Origin: Lytechinus pictus
Lineage: Eukaryota
DNA length: 64,000 nt
Direction: 5' to 3'
NCBI RefSeq assembly: GCF_037042905.1
Contig: NC_087252.1
Coordinates: 16,060,001 to 16,124,000, forward strand
Numbering within the stretch: the stretch's first letter is position 1; each line of letters opens with the position of its first letter. Positions 38,031 through 49,448 of the stretch are shown here, one piece after another. Below the pieces are notes generated by a model, which saw nothing but the letters and a program-made list of their open reading frames with translations, was not told the origin of the DNA and searched no databases. Made by a program: the position numbers and the translations under genes.

Positions 38031-39760
38031 GCTCTCTGCTTTATCACCATCATAATTTCTGCAAGAATGATATTCATACAGTTAGGAGTGGGCTATAATA
38101 CAAAGAAAGTAGTTGGTATGTGCCGCGGGGAGACAAAAAAACGGGAGCCTTGGAGTGGGCCTATTGTAAAAAGGAGGGTCCTCGCAACAGGCTTCGAAAC
38201 TACAAATGTTTGTGAAAACGGGGGTCCTTGGAACAGGTCGCCTGCGTAAGCATCCCAAATGGAGCGGGCATATGTGCATGCAGCTAGCACAGCTGAGGCG
38301 ATGGTCGGACAGTGTTCTGCGGCTGCTTTTCACCAAAATTGCGGCTCATTGTAGCAGATCAATGCGACCGGAACGGCGTAACAGAATTATGCGAAGCTTT
38401 GGAGCGGATATCTTTCTTCTTTTTTTCTCGTTAAGAAGAAAATGCTGCATTGTATATTTTGGAGCGGCTTTCTTTGTTCTTTTCCTCAATAAGACAAAAA
38501 TGATATGCCTTGGAACAGAAATTTGAGTGTAAAAATGGGGGTCCCCTCCACGGCACATACCCACTATGCATTATATACTGTAAAAGTCATCTACTTTACG
38601 TAGGCTTACTCCACATTGAAGCCTGGGACGCTAAGGCATGGTCATGCACACACGGCCACAAAACCTAAAACTTTCGCCCCCAAGATTTCTACTTTCCCTC
38701 TAAAGATCTAGCCCTTAATCATGTACATGGGGTTCAACTTCATTTCTGACATTTCTGCGACATCGATTTCATTTTTAAAGAATTCATTAAAATAACGAGA
38801 AAAATGTTATGAAAAGAGCTTACGGCCATGTTGCTCAGTCAGTGTTTGTTGGGTGAATAGTGTAACCTTTATTGTGGTTCACTACTTGTCTTTCTAAGAA
38901 GATATTCTGAGCTTGAAAGTCACTAAATTGTTTTGTTTTGACTTTCCGTTTTGGCCTTGAGTTGTTTTAGTTAAGAAATTTTCAATAGGAAGGGCTGGGA
39001 CCAACCTAGACAGACCTAGGTAGCCGTCTGTTTCGAGGAGTTTTTCAACATTTGTTTATTTTTTAAATTTCTCCTCGTACACAGACGGCTCGCTATCGTG
39101 CAGCCACCATTAGGGGGTGAACAATGCAAAATCCCCCTGACGGGGCACATCGATTTTTGTCTTTATTTCATGAAAATATAAAAAGATTGAACCAAAATAG
39201 AGATTATTATTCCGTTTTGGCATGAAATGCACCAAAACGGGGAAAAATAAACTTAAAAGGGGAAAAACAGTGACTTACTTCAGCTGTCGCGCAACTTCAC
39301 TTCCCCGTTTTATCCGAGCTTAAGTACATATGGCCATTGAGTCCCCTGTACAGATCTCGCTAGAACTTCGGTCACTGTATTTGGTGAGTGGAGCCTACAT
39401 AGTTCAGCAGAACAACCAACATAAGAGAGACCGAAGCTTTTGGTCTAGGACCAACCCCTCCTAGTCTTTCAATTGTAGTGTCTTTGATACAAAGATAAAT
39501 CGCGCGCCCTCTTTCGCTCATTAGACGAAAAATTTGAGAGCTCGCGCAGGTTGGTTTCGTATTTTGTCATGAGAAGAAAAATCAATGCTTAAATGACGCT
39601 TTTTGAGGGATATCATCAAATTAGGAGGAATCGACTTCACATCGTTTGGTAAGTTTCGTAGGACTAGGAGGACTTCATTCTGATTTCTGTAAGTGTTTGT
39701 GTTAAATTTTCATAAATTAATTGCATTTGTTGAACGCGCCGTGCCTTCAATTTTCCTGTA

Positions 39761-40227
39761 CAGTAGAGGCGCACGGCCAATATGGGAGACTCTCTCCAAT
39801 AGCAATAGGGGAGAAAATCTCCCACATTGGAGACTTGCTTTGCAAAAAAGACAAAAGAAACAACACCAACAAAAGCATGATTTTTTCCACCCAAAATTTT
39901 GTCTCTCTGAGGTCAGAAGCCCATTTGTTTTGTGTGTGATTGACAACAAAAATCGTTATTAAAACAAAAGTAGACGGTGAATTTTAAAAGTAGACGGTGA
40001 AAAGGGGGAATTTTTCATGAGGAATCTGCTTATCACATTTTTATTTGCCGCCAAGGTATTCCTTTTGCAGCAAATGTAAACAAAGAAAATTGGTCTCCAA
40101 AACTGGAGACTGTCTCTGAAATTGGATACCCAAATTCTTTACAAAAGTCTCTGATATATTATTGGAGATAATCTCCCACATTGGAGACAGTCTCCAAGAG
40201 TCCAATATTGGCCGTGCGCCTCTACTG
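39761..40227. mobile_element. MITE with about 23-bp TIR and apparent 5-bp TSD CTGTA
   Basis: CTGTA|CAGTAGAGGCGCACGGCCAATAT ... ATATTGGCCGTGCGCCTCTACTG|CTGTA. Confidence 0.75.
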
Positions 40228-40643
40228 CTGTAGTCGGCGGCAGAGATGTAGCCATGGGTGGGCGACGGTTTAGCGCATAAGAAAGGATAACCAGTGGTTC
40301 TTAAAGTCGCTCTTAACTTACGAACAGCTTTAATTTTTAAGTTTATGAAACGGCCCCCAGTACCTATATACCGGTACGCCTAGCCTGGAGGCGACTGAAA
40401 GTAATATACTGTACGTATGGTCACTCCCCTAACGCCTGGCATTGTGATGTATAGAGTCCTACATACCGAGGGAAAAGGCAACTATAAAAATGCGCCAAAC
40501 TGCTAGTTATGTTTAGAATCTGAGGTCACGACTGCTGTACATGGGTAACAATATTGGTTGGCAACGTTTGGCAAAAAATGCGTAGTAATGGTTACAAAAT
40601 GACGAATAAATTATATGAAGTAATAAAATTAGAAGAGAGTTTA

Positions 40644-40860
40644 CTTACACTTGTTGACATCGCCATCTTTGATCCTTTGTAATTGCAACCTAGTTACGTG
40701 ACACTTATAGAGGGCGGCAAAATCATGAGCGGTGCTAGATTAAAAAGTGCTAAAATGTCCCGCTTCAACCACTGAACTAGAAATACGTGGAAGTCGTGTA
40801 CACCCAAGCAAAACATCGCCGGCGAACTCGATAAGCCACGTGACCGCCGCCATTTTGCTA
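40644..40860 (-). promoter_or_regulatory. Candidate promoter and first exon for ZNF-A (YY1-like motifs plus splice donor)
   Basis: Minus-strand AAGATGGCG...ACAAGT|GTAAGT (donor at 40648); CCGCCATTTT at about 40847-40856 in the foldback spacer. Confidence 0.35.
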
Positions 40861-41013
40861 GGTCAATTGTTCGAGAACGCGCCGTAGAAGGCAAGATGCA
40901 ATATGTTTTCTCTATGTATTTCTAGTTCAGTGGTTGAAGCGGGACATTTTAGCACTTTTTAATCTAGCACCGCTCATGATTTTGCCGCCCTCTATACGCG
41001 TCACGTAACTAGG

Positions 41014-41492
41014 TAACCCAGGGAGCCCAGGAGCTTACCGTGTATTTGACCATAGTCACCGGACTAGGGTGATTTATGGTCTAAATATTTCTCTAAATGA
41101 ATTGTGAAAACAGAAAGTATACAATTACCACGATTATGTGGATGAAGGTCTAACGAGTGGCAGTTTCCTGACATCTGGGCACAGACTGGAACCTCAAAAA
41201 AACGAAAAATTATCTCCTTCTACCCCCATTTCGATCGGCCATTTTTGTTAAAAATCGTAACAAAATGGCCGATCGGGACTGGGGTAGAGGAGAGAACTTT
41301 TCGTTTTTTTGAGGTTCCAGTCTGTGCCCAGATCTCAGGAAACTGCCACTCGTTAGACCTTCATATATATAATCGTGGTAATTGTATACTTTCTGTTTTC
41401 ACAATTCATTTGGAGAAATATTTAGACCATAAATCACCCTAGTCCGGTGACTATGGTCAAAGACACGGTAAGCCCCTGGGCTCCCTGGGTTA
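41014..41492. mobile_element. MULE/Mutator-like palindromic MITE, 9-bp TSD GTAACTAGG
   Basis: TSD at 41005-41013 and 41493-41501; about 230-bp inverted arms; empty site in the left arm at about 40685-40701. Confidence 0.88.
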
Positions 41493-41658
41493 GTAACTAG
41501 GTTGCAATTACAAAGGATCAAAGATGGCGATGTCAACAAGTGTAAGTAAACTCTCTTCTACTTTTATTACTTCATATAATTTATTCGTCATTTTGTAACC
41601 AATACTACGCATTTTTTGCCAAACGTTGCCAACCAATATTGTTACCCATGACCATGTA

Positions 41659-43341
41659 AATAATAATAATACAAAACATTTATAGGGCGCTTAATACGGG
41701 CGTTTCTAAGCGCACTGTGTTCTGAATTTAACTTTACATGGGGGAAAAAAATATTAAATGGGCATATTAACACAAGGTGTGACAAAAAAAAAATCATGAA
41801 AAAAGAAGAAAAAAAAAAAAAAAAAAAAAAAAAAATACTAACAGATTAAAACTGGTGTGCACCTCCAATGACCGACCCACAACTGGGATTCATTGATTGA
41901 AAAGGTATGTTTTGAGCAGGGCCTTAAACTGACTGACGGACTTGGCACTATGCATGTAAGAGGGTAACTTGTTCCAAAGAGAAGGGGCAATAGAAGAAAA
42001 AGCCCGGTCACCATATTTTGTAGAAGTGCGCGGTCCAGGAGTTAACTGCAATGTAAATGATGAACGGAGGGGTCTTGAGGAGGTGCTAGAACGTAAAGAA
42101 ATGAGATCTGTGAGATATTTGGGGGATTGACCATTCAGAATTTTGTAGGTAAGGAGGAGGACTTTGAAAGATATACGATGATGTATGGGGAGCCAGTGGA
42201 GAGAACGCAGGATTGGGGTAATATGCTCAGATTTCCTACAGAGAGAGACCAGTCTAGCAGCAGAGTTTTGAACCCGTTGAAGTGGAAGTAGGTATGTACG
42301 AGGGAGGTTAGAAAATATTGCGTTACAATAATCTAGGTGACAGGAAACAAATGCATGTGTTAGTTTGGCAGTTGTGGGTCGGTCACTCGGTCAAGTAGTT
42401 TCCTAATCTTCCCAATTTTGAAAATACCATATGACGCAGACCTGCAAATATGCTTGATATGATGTTGAAGAGTAAGTTTATTGTCGATCATCACACCGAG
42501 GTCGCGTACCCACTCACTACCCTTCAGAGAAACATCAGAAAATAAATCAGGGAATGGAGTGGTATTTCTGAACTTTGACGATATGTGGATAACTTCAGAT
42601 TTCCGTTCATTAAGGCAGAGTCTGTTTTTACGAGACCAGACCTTAATGTCCTCAATACAGCTTTGAAGCTTTTGAGCTGCTTCAACCTTGCCGTCAGGTT
42701 TAAGTGTTACATAAATTTGTGTGTCGTCTGCATACATCACATGCTGAACACCTTGGTGAGATTGTATAAGATTTGAAAGTGGACTGGTATAGAGAATGAA
42801 AAGGAGTGGGCCGACGACGGAACCCTGTGGAACTCCGTAAGTTAGAGGGAATGATTTAGAAAGTGTATCATTAATTATTACTTGAACTAATACTTGTTGG
42901 GAACGACCATGAAGGTATGAGCGGATCCATTGTAGGACAGTTCCAGTGATGGAGAATTCATTCTCAAGACGATCGAGTAACAGGTTGTGATCAATAGTGT
43001 CAAAAGCAGCTGTATAGTCCAGAAGGACTAACGCTACTTCATCGCCCTTATCCACAGCAAGTAGAAAATCGTTGAAAAGTTTAACCAACGCAGTCTCTGT
43101 CGAATGATGGTTCCTAGTATAAGAAGACCGAGGCACAGGAAGCAAGCCAGATCCCTCAAGATGAACTCTGAGCTGTGACGACACTATTCTCTCCAGAACC
43201 TTACCCAAAAAAGGAAGGTTTGCGATGGGCCGGTAATTATTAAGTGAATTTGGGTCGAGTGCAGGCTTCTTGAGGAGAGGAAGGAGTAGAGATGACTTAA
43301 ACGGTTCGGGGAAGAGACCGGAGGACAAAGAAAGGTTGAAC
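41659..43341 (-). mobile_element. 5'-truncated L2-clade LINE with RT domain and a frameshift near 42375
   Basis: ORF 43328-42360 contains NYRPI, GVPQGSVVGP and YADD. The shifted frame continues LQRVQNSAARLV...HITPILRSLHWLP...TYLFNQ to a stop at 41890; 3' stem-loop and (TAT)n tail. Confidence 0.92.
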
Positions 43342-44086
43342 GTCGTGACCTCAGATTCTAAACATAACTAGCAGTTTGGCGCATTTTTATAGTTGCCTTT
43401 TCCCTCGGTACGTAGGACTCTATACATCACAATGCCAGGCGTTAGGGGAGTGACCATACCCCTACAGTATATTACTTTCACTCCCCAGACGCCTCCAGGC
43501 TAGGTACGCACGCCGGCCCGTGCAGCGTTTCTACCCGCAAACCATGGCATAGCCACTGCGGTTGCATTGCCATGCCCATGGGCATGGCATTGGCATCGCA
43601 CAATCGTAAAATATGTCAACGCGCTTGTTTATTCCAATCTCTCTTTGACAAATCAGACTCTTTCTTCCTCAAACCACAAGGAGCTTACCACATAATGAAC
43701 TTTAGGCTGTTCCCAAATATAGTCCTACCAAGTTAACGCATAAAAAAGCACGAAATTTGTGTTTTTCTGCCGGAGGTGGAGACGACTTAGTCAATCTGCC
43801 ATGTATCCCGTTAGCCCTCTACGTCATTTGCATTCAGGCAGCTGAGGCTTGGCTGGCAGCGTAATATATTATAAGGTCTTTGCTTGGCAGCATGCAAGCT
43901 GCGCGCGCTGCAGGCCGGCCTGCGCAGCAGGGGATTCCCCTGGCCTTATGATACAACCGGGGGGGGGGGGGGGGGGGGGGGGGCGCAGAAAGTTAAGTTA
44001 TTATCAATCATGGTAATTTTGCCATCCAATAGTAACTTCCCTGAAATTTTTATTTGGATTGGCTGTCGAGGATTGTTGCCGTGGTA

Positions 44087-46734
44087 CATAGGCGGATCCA
44101 GGGGGGGGGGGGGGCCGAGGGGCCCGGGCACCCCCTATTGGCAGAGCAAAAAAAAAGAAAAAAAGGGGAAAAGAAAGGAAAAAAGTTAAAGAAGGGAAAA
44201 GAGAGGAGAAAAGAAGAAAGGCAAACATAAGAGGAGGAAGATGAGTGAATAAAATACGATGAGGGGAACTAAAATTGCCTTTTAGGTGATTTACATAATT
44301 ATCTTGTTCAATATAAGCTTAAAATATCAAATTTTGAAGTCAATATACAAAACATATGATCAGCTTGGAAATTGAACTTTCATTATTTTGTTTGATTTAC
44401 AAATTGATTTTTAAAAAGTGCTCTGTAAAATTTTCTGTTTTGTGGTCTGAATATTAACATTTTCTGCTTGCGCGCTGCGCGCTCGCAAAATTTGATTTGT
44501 CAGGTACCTATTATTTTCCTGTATTCCATAAAGTTCTCAAAATATCCCTATTCATGTCAGATTGTCAAAACGTATCAGATAGCACTGCACGCTCGCATTT
44601 TGATTATAGTGAGTATGTATATATCTCAATATTAATTTTTAAAACAAACTAATTTAAATCACCATTGGATGACAGTTATAAAAAATTTCGGCTCGCGATT
44701 TCTGCCCGCATTGATAGAAATTCACTCATGAATCTTATGCATAATTACAAAAGTGCTTTAAATGTCTAGTTTTCAGGCAATAATTAACAGATTTCGCGCT
44801 CTCATGCTTAGGAAGCGAAATAGGAAGATCATTTTTTTTAAGTCATCATTTTCATATGATGACATAATGTCCTTACAGAATGTCCCGGTCTTATGTCAAA
44901 ACTCAAAGTAATAATAATAATGAAAAATATCAGCTCTTTTTTAACTGTGATTCATATCCACCTCACAATTTTCCCACAAAGTGCTTTCAATACAAAGCTT
45001 AAATTTACCCCTTTTCAGATCGGAATATCATATATTTTTAGCTCTCGCTTTGCGCTCGCTTTATTGATTTTCATGATAAGAAAGGTATTTAGAAATACCC
45101 AAATTCTAGGTCGAAATCTAAAACACACATTTATTCAGATACGCAGCTTGTTTTCTATTTAAATCATTATCCAGTTTCAGATCACAATATCAAAAATTGT
45201 CTATTATTAATGTATGAAAAATTTTCCAATAACTTTTCCTTTTCATGATTTACAAAACATCAATAGAGTGTCCATAATTTTTCTGCTCGCGCTTCGCGCT
45301 CGCATCAATGTTTACTTTATATACTTATCCTTTCCACGATTACAAAAAGTGCTTAGAATTTCCATTAACATATTCAGGTAGAAATGTCAAAATTTTTTAA
45401 TGTCGAAATATGTAACGTCTTCATGGCTAAGTGCAAGCAGTCCATAACAGGTACGTTTTCGATCAGTTCAAATCGTATGTAAAAAATGTCTGCTCGCGCT
45501 CTGCGCTCGCATTAAAGGGATGGTCCGGGCTGAAAATATCTATATCTTAATACATAGAGCAGCATTCACTGAGAAAAATGCCGAAAATTTCATCAAAATC
45601 GGATAACAAATAATAAACTTATTGAAGTTTAAAGTTTAAAACAATCGTCATGAATATTCATTAGGTGGGCTGATGATGTCACATCTCCACTTTCCGTTTT
45701 CTTATGTTATTACATAAAATCATAATTTTTTTCATTATTTCATACTTGAGTGAATAATATGTCTCCCTTATAATGAAATAAGTTGCAGCAATAAATATCT
45801 AATGCACTAAATCAGTTGTCAATCCAATTTTTCTAGTTCTTGGAGAATTTTTTTTTGAATAAACCTAATTTCATATGATAAAATACAAAAGAACAAGTGG
45901 AGATGTGACATCATCAGCCCACCTAATGAATATTCATGACGACTGTTTTCACAAAATATTGCTAAACTTTAAAATTCAATAACTTTGTTATTTGTTATCC
46001 GATTTTTATGAAATTTTCGGCATTTTGCTCAGTGAATTCTACTCTATTTATTAAGCTATACATACTTTCAGCCCGGACCATCCCTTTAATGTAAGGAAGA
46101 TCCCCACTTACTCATCCTTTTCATGATTTACAAAACTTGAATAGAGTGTCTCGTTCAGTAGGTCTAAATCTCAAAAATTTTGCTCACGCTTCGCGCTCGC
46201 ATCAATTGTTTAGTTATATACATATTCTGTTAAGTTACGAAAAGTGCTTAGAATTTTCATTCCTAAGGTAAAAAGTCAAAAAAATTCAGCTCGCGTTTCG
46301 CGCTCGCATTATTTGATCTTTTAAAATATATAACGTCTTCATGGCTAAATGCAAGCAAGTCTTTAACAGTACCTTTTCCATCACTTCATCTCTGCTTGCG
46401 CTTCACGTTCGTAGTAATTATTCACTTGCATACACATCTTTTTTCAGGATAACAATCATTGCCCAGAATTTTCACAATTTTAGGAAAAAGTACATAAGAT
46501 TTCAAAAAAAAATTAGCTCGCACTTCGCGCTCGCATTATATAAATATACGGATTATGGTATTATATATTTATGTCTATTCATAAGAATAAAGCTAAGAAG
46601 TGACTATTAGGACTACCCCTTCAAAGAAACCCAAAATCCCGGCATAAATCATACTCGAGCGGCCGATCGGGGAAAATATGGCTGGAAAAAAAATTCCGCC
46701 CCCCCCCTATTGGCGAAGGCTGGATCCGCCCCTG
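44087..46734. mobile_element. 2.65-kb non-autonomous DNA element with 6-bp TSD GTGGTA
   Basis: GTGGTA|CATAGGCGGATCCA ... TGGATCCGCCCCTG|GTGGTA; single GTGGTA at the paralogous site 20090-20095. Confidence 0.85.
45512..46089. mobile_element. Kolobok-like TTAA MITE nested in 44087-46734
   Basis: TTAA|AGGGATGGTCCGGGCTGAAA ... TTTCAGCCCGGACCATCCCT|TTAA. Confidence 0.85.
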
Positions 46735-49448
46735 GTGGTATTAGCGATTAATCATGATATTTATTTCTTCTTTCGATTGTCGCACACACTGTATAAGAAT
46801 TAAAGATGAGATCATATTCAAAATATATGTTAAAGAGGGAGAGACCTTCAATTGGGGTTGAGCTTGTCCCAAAAGGAGTACATGGCATGAAATTTTAACA
46901 AGTTTAAGAGAGATTAAAGGTAAAAGTGACCTAGAAAAGAACTGCATAAAATTATGTGAGTGGTGAGGGAATATTTACAAAGGAGATAATATCTACAAAG
47001 GGAAAAGGGGGACGAAGGATATGGACCGAGAGGGAGATAAAACTTTGGACACAAAACAAAAGAACAAGAAAAGTGAAAGGCTTAGGAAAGAAAGTCCCTT
47101 GCCTATATAGTCCCAGGTAGGGGATAGGAAGAAAGAAAGAAAAGGATTGAGATATATAGAGAAAGGGAATACAAGCAAAGTCACAAGAGGAAAGTCGGAA
47201 AGTTGGTTAATTAATATTGAATAAGGGCCAGCCTGGAAAAAGAGGGGATAGACAACAAAGCTAAGAAAATAATAGTTAAGATACAGGTCATATGACATTG
47301 TAGTTATTATAGATATTGTCAACATAATTACTCAGTTAAAGCAATTTCAATTTGCACAGAGACATATAGGAAGCGAATTCCAATGCTTGCATGGGACCAG
47401 TATAAGCGAGTGTTTTTAGAGCAAAAGCGGTTCTTACATGTGGCATATATGAAGTGCAGTTGCCTGCCTAGTATTACCGTGAACGGGCCGTGAACTTAAT
47501 GCATTCTTTCTAAACATTTGCACTAATGCATTCGGAAGTGTTCCACTTTCATGATCATACATGAGGCTCAAAGCATTGGATCGGCACTGTATTGTTTGTG
47601 AACAATGTTTTGCCCCTCCAATGCTTTGTCTCCTCCGGGTCACGGTCCGCCACTGATGAGGCTAATGTATAGAAGATAGATCTTCTATACGTACCTTTAG
47701 TATAAAACATGAGTGTGTGCACTGTAATCTGCATTGAAAACAATTCTTATCACCCTTTTTTTGAGTGACAAGTATCTTTTCTAGTTAGGTTTTTATATAG
47801 AGACTTACCCCATGCCAAAGCTCTGTAATGAAGATAAGGCAAAATCAGAGAATACAAAAACTAGCAAAATTTCTTGTGGGACAAAATGTCTTAACTTATA
47901 GATTACACAAGCATTAATTTCTAGACAAAACTTTACAAATATTATTGAAGTGATATTTCCAACTGAAATTCTCATCAATGTGTAAACCAAGAAACTTAGT
48001 GGAAGTTACGCTGACAATGTTAGTGTTATCAAAAAGTAACTGCATATGCCCAGGTGTCTTTTGAAGATTAAAGACAACTTGATTGCATAGTCAGGCAGCA
48101 TATGTCATCTACTTCGACAAATTGGCTAAGTCTGATTTTTCACTTTTATGTGATTGGTGACATCACGATGAACAACTTTCAAATCTGTAATGGTCATCTT
48201 GACCATGTGAGGGGTCAAAATGGGGTCAATGGGGGTCAATTTTTGAAATTGCCCCGACTGTGTCGAGTCATACATTAAATTGCTTGTCTTGTTATACTGA
48301 ACAAGAAAGTGTACACAACTATATACTCTTGACCTTCCGTTAAAAAAATTATGACCGGAAATGTCAAAAGTTCAACAAACTTTTGGTAAATGGCAAATTA
48401 CACTGAGAGTATTAAGAAAGCTCCGTTTCCGTGTTTTTATGCATGTGTGTACTTTTTAAATTTCGATTTTGATAGGTTCATCTTCAGAAATCCTTATCCA
48501 GAAGATATAAAGGGTCAAGACAAGGTCAGGGAAAGGTCAAAAGGTCAACAAACTTTCATTGGTAGCCAAAATACACTAAAAGCGGTTAAAATCTTAGAAG
48601 TTGGTTCTTTATTTTGAAAAATCTTTATCTAAGAAGACGTTATCCATTAGATAAAAAGGGGTCAAATGTGCTCACTTAGGAACAAAATACATAAACAGAG
48701 ATAGACGTCGAATTCGGCGTGAGTAGTTAATGGATAGATCTCATCCTACTTGACCTTTGACCCGGTCAGCCATGACCTTCGACCCGGTCATGACCTTTGA
48801 CCACATGACCTTTGACCACATGACCTTTGACACATGACCTTTGACCCATGAACTTTGACCACATGACCTTTGACCCATGACCTTTGACCGCATGACCCAA
48901 TGGGTTGACCCAGACTTCCGGTCGGACATGACGTCACCATGAAATAGTATTACGACACAGTTATACAACCACCGTGATGTCATAGAATTACCCTTATCGC
49001 ACCATATCGATATTGCACCACCGTTGCGTCATCGCTACGTATTGGTGACTTTCGGTCGACCTTATCACACGATGCAGCGACATTGCACGGGTATTTTTAG
49101 CATATGATACGATGCACACAAAAAAAGAAAAAAAAACACATTTATACAGTTTCCTATTTAAAAAGTTATCTTTTTCCGCCTACCGGCAGATATGTCAAGC
49201 GCCTCGCATGACGTCACCATGAAATGGTGTTAGCTACGCAACCACCGTGATGTCATCCCCGGGAATTACCCTTATCGCACCGTATCGGTATTGCACCACC
49301 GTGGCGCAATCGTCATCGCCACGTATAGGATACGATGCACAAAACAGACGTATGATCTCTACACAGTTTCCTGTTTAAAAAGTTATCTTTCTCCGCCTAC
49401 CAGCAGATATGTCAAGTGCCTCGCGGTTAACGAATCGATCACCCCATG

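Larger units (their letters stand above)
40381..43502. mobile_element. Foldback element (about 410-bp arms, TAGCCTGG termini, 7/8 TSD); right arm interrupted by two insertions
   Basis: GGTACGCC|TAGCCTGGAGGCG ... CGCCTCCAGGCTA|GGTACGCA; left arm 40381-40787 is inverted relative to 40916-41013, 41502-41650 and 43342-43502. Confidence 0.8.
19945..43924 (-). repeat. Tandem duplication unit A containing the whole ZNF-A gene
   Basis: Colinear homology with unit B: 19945-20110 with 43925-44086, 21230-21895 with 46800-47878, and 26312-29400 with 47900-47958 plus 60215-63650. Confidence 0.75.

Noticed and set aside
37931..38058. KRAB, SCAN, BTB or ZAD domain in the ZNF-A N-terminus
   Set aside because: None of the characteristic motifs is recognisable; the region is acidic and low in complexity.
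40649..40666. ATGGCGATG as the in-frame start of ZNF-A
   Set aside because: The consensus donor is phase 0 whereas the next exon needs phase 2; the join gives a stop after 8 codons unless an unseen exon intervenes.
43959..43983. Long poly-G/poly-C tracts as functional G-quadruplex elements
   Set aside because: Homopolymer G/C runs occur throughout the window, mostly at MITE ends, with variable length and no specific context.
48390..48983. Duplicated short ORFs (also 54833-55411, 56622-56831, 59340-59558)
   Set aside because: Translations of TIR and inverted-repeat DNA; their recurrence reflects duplication, not coding conservation.
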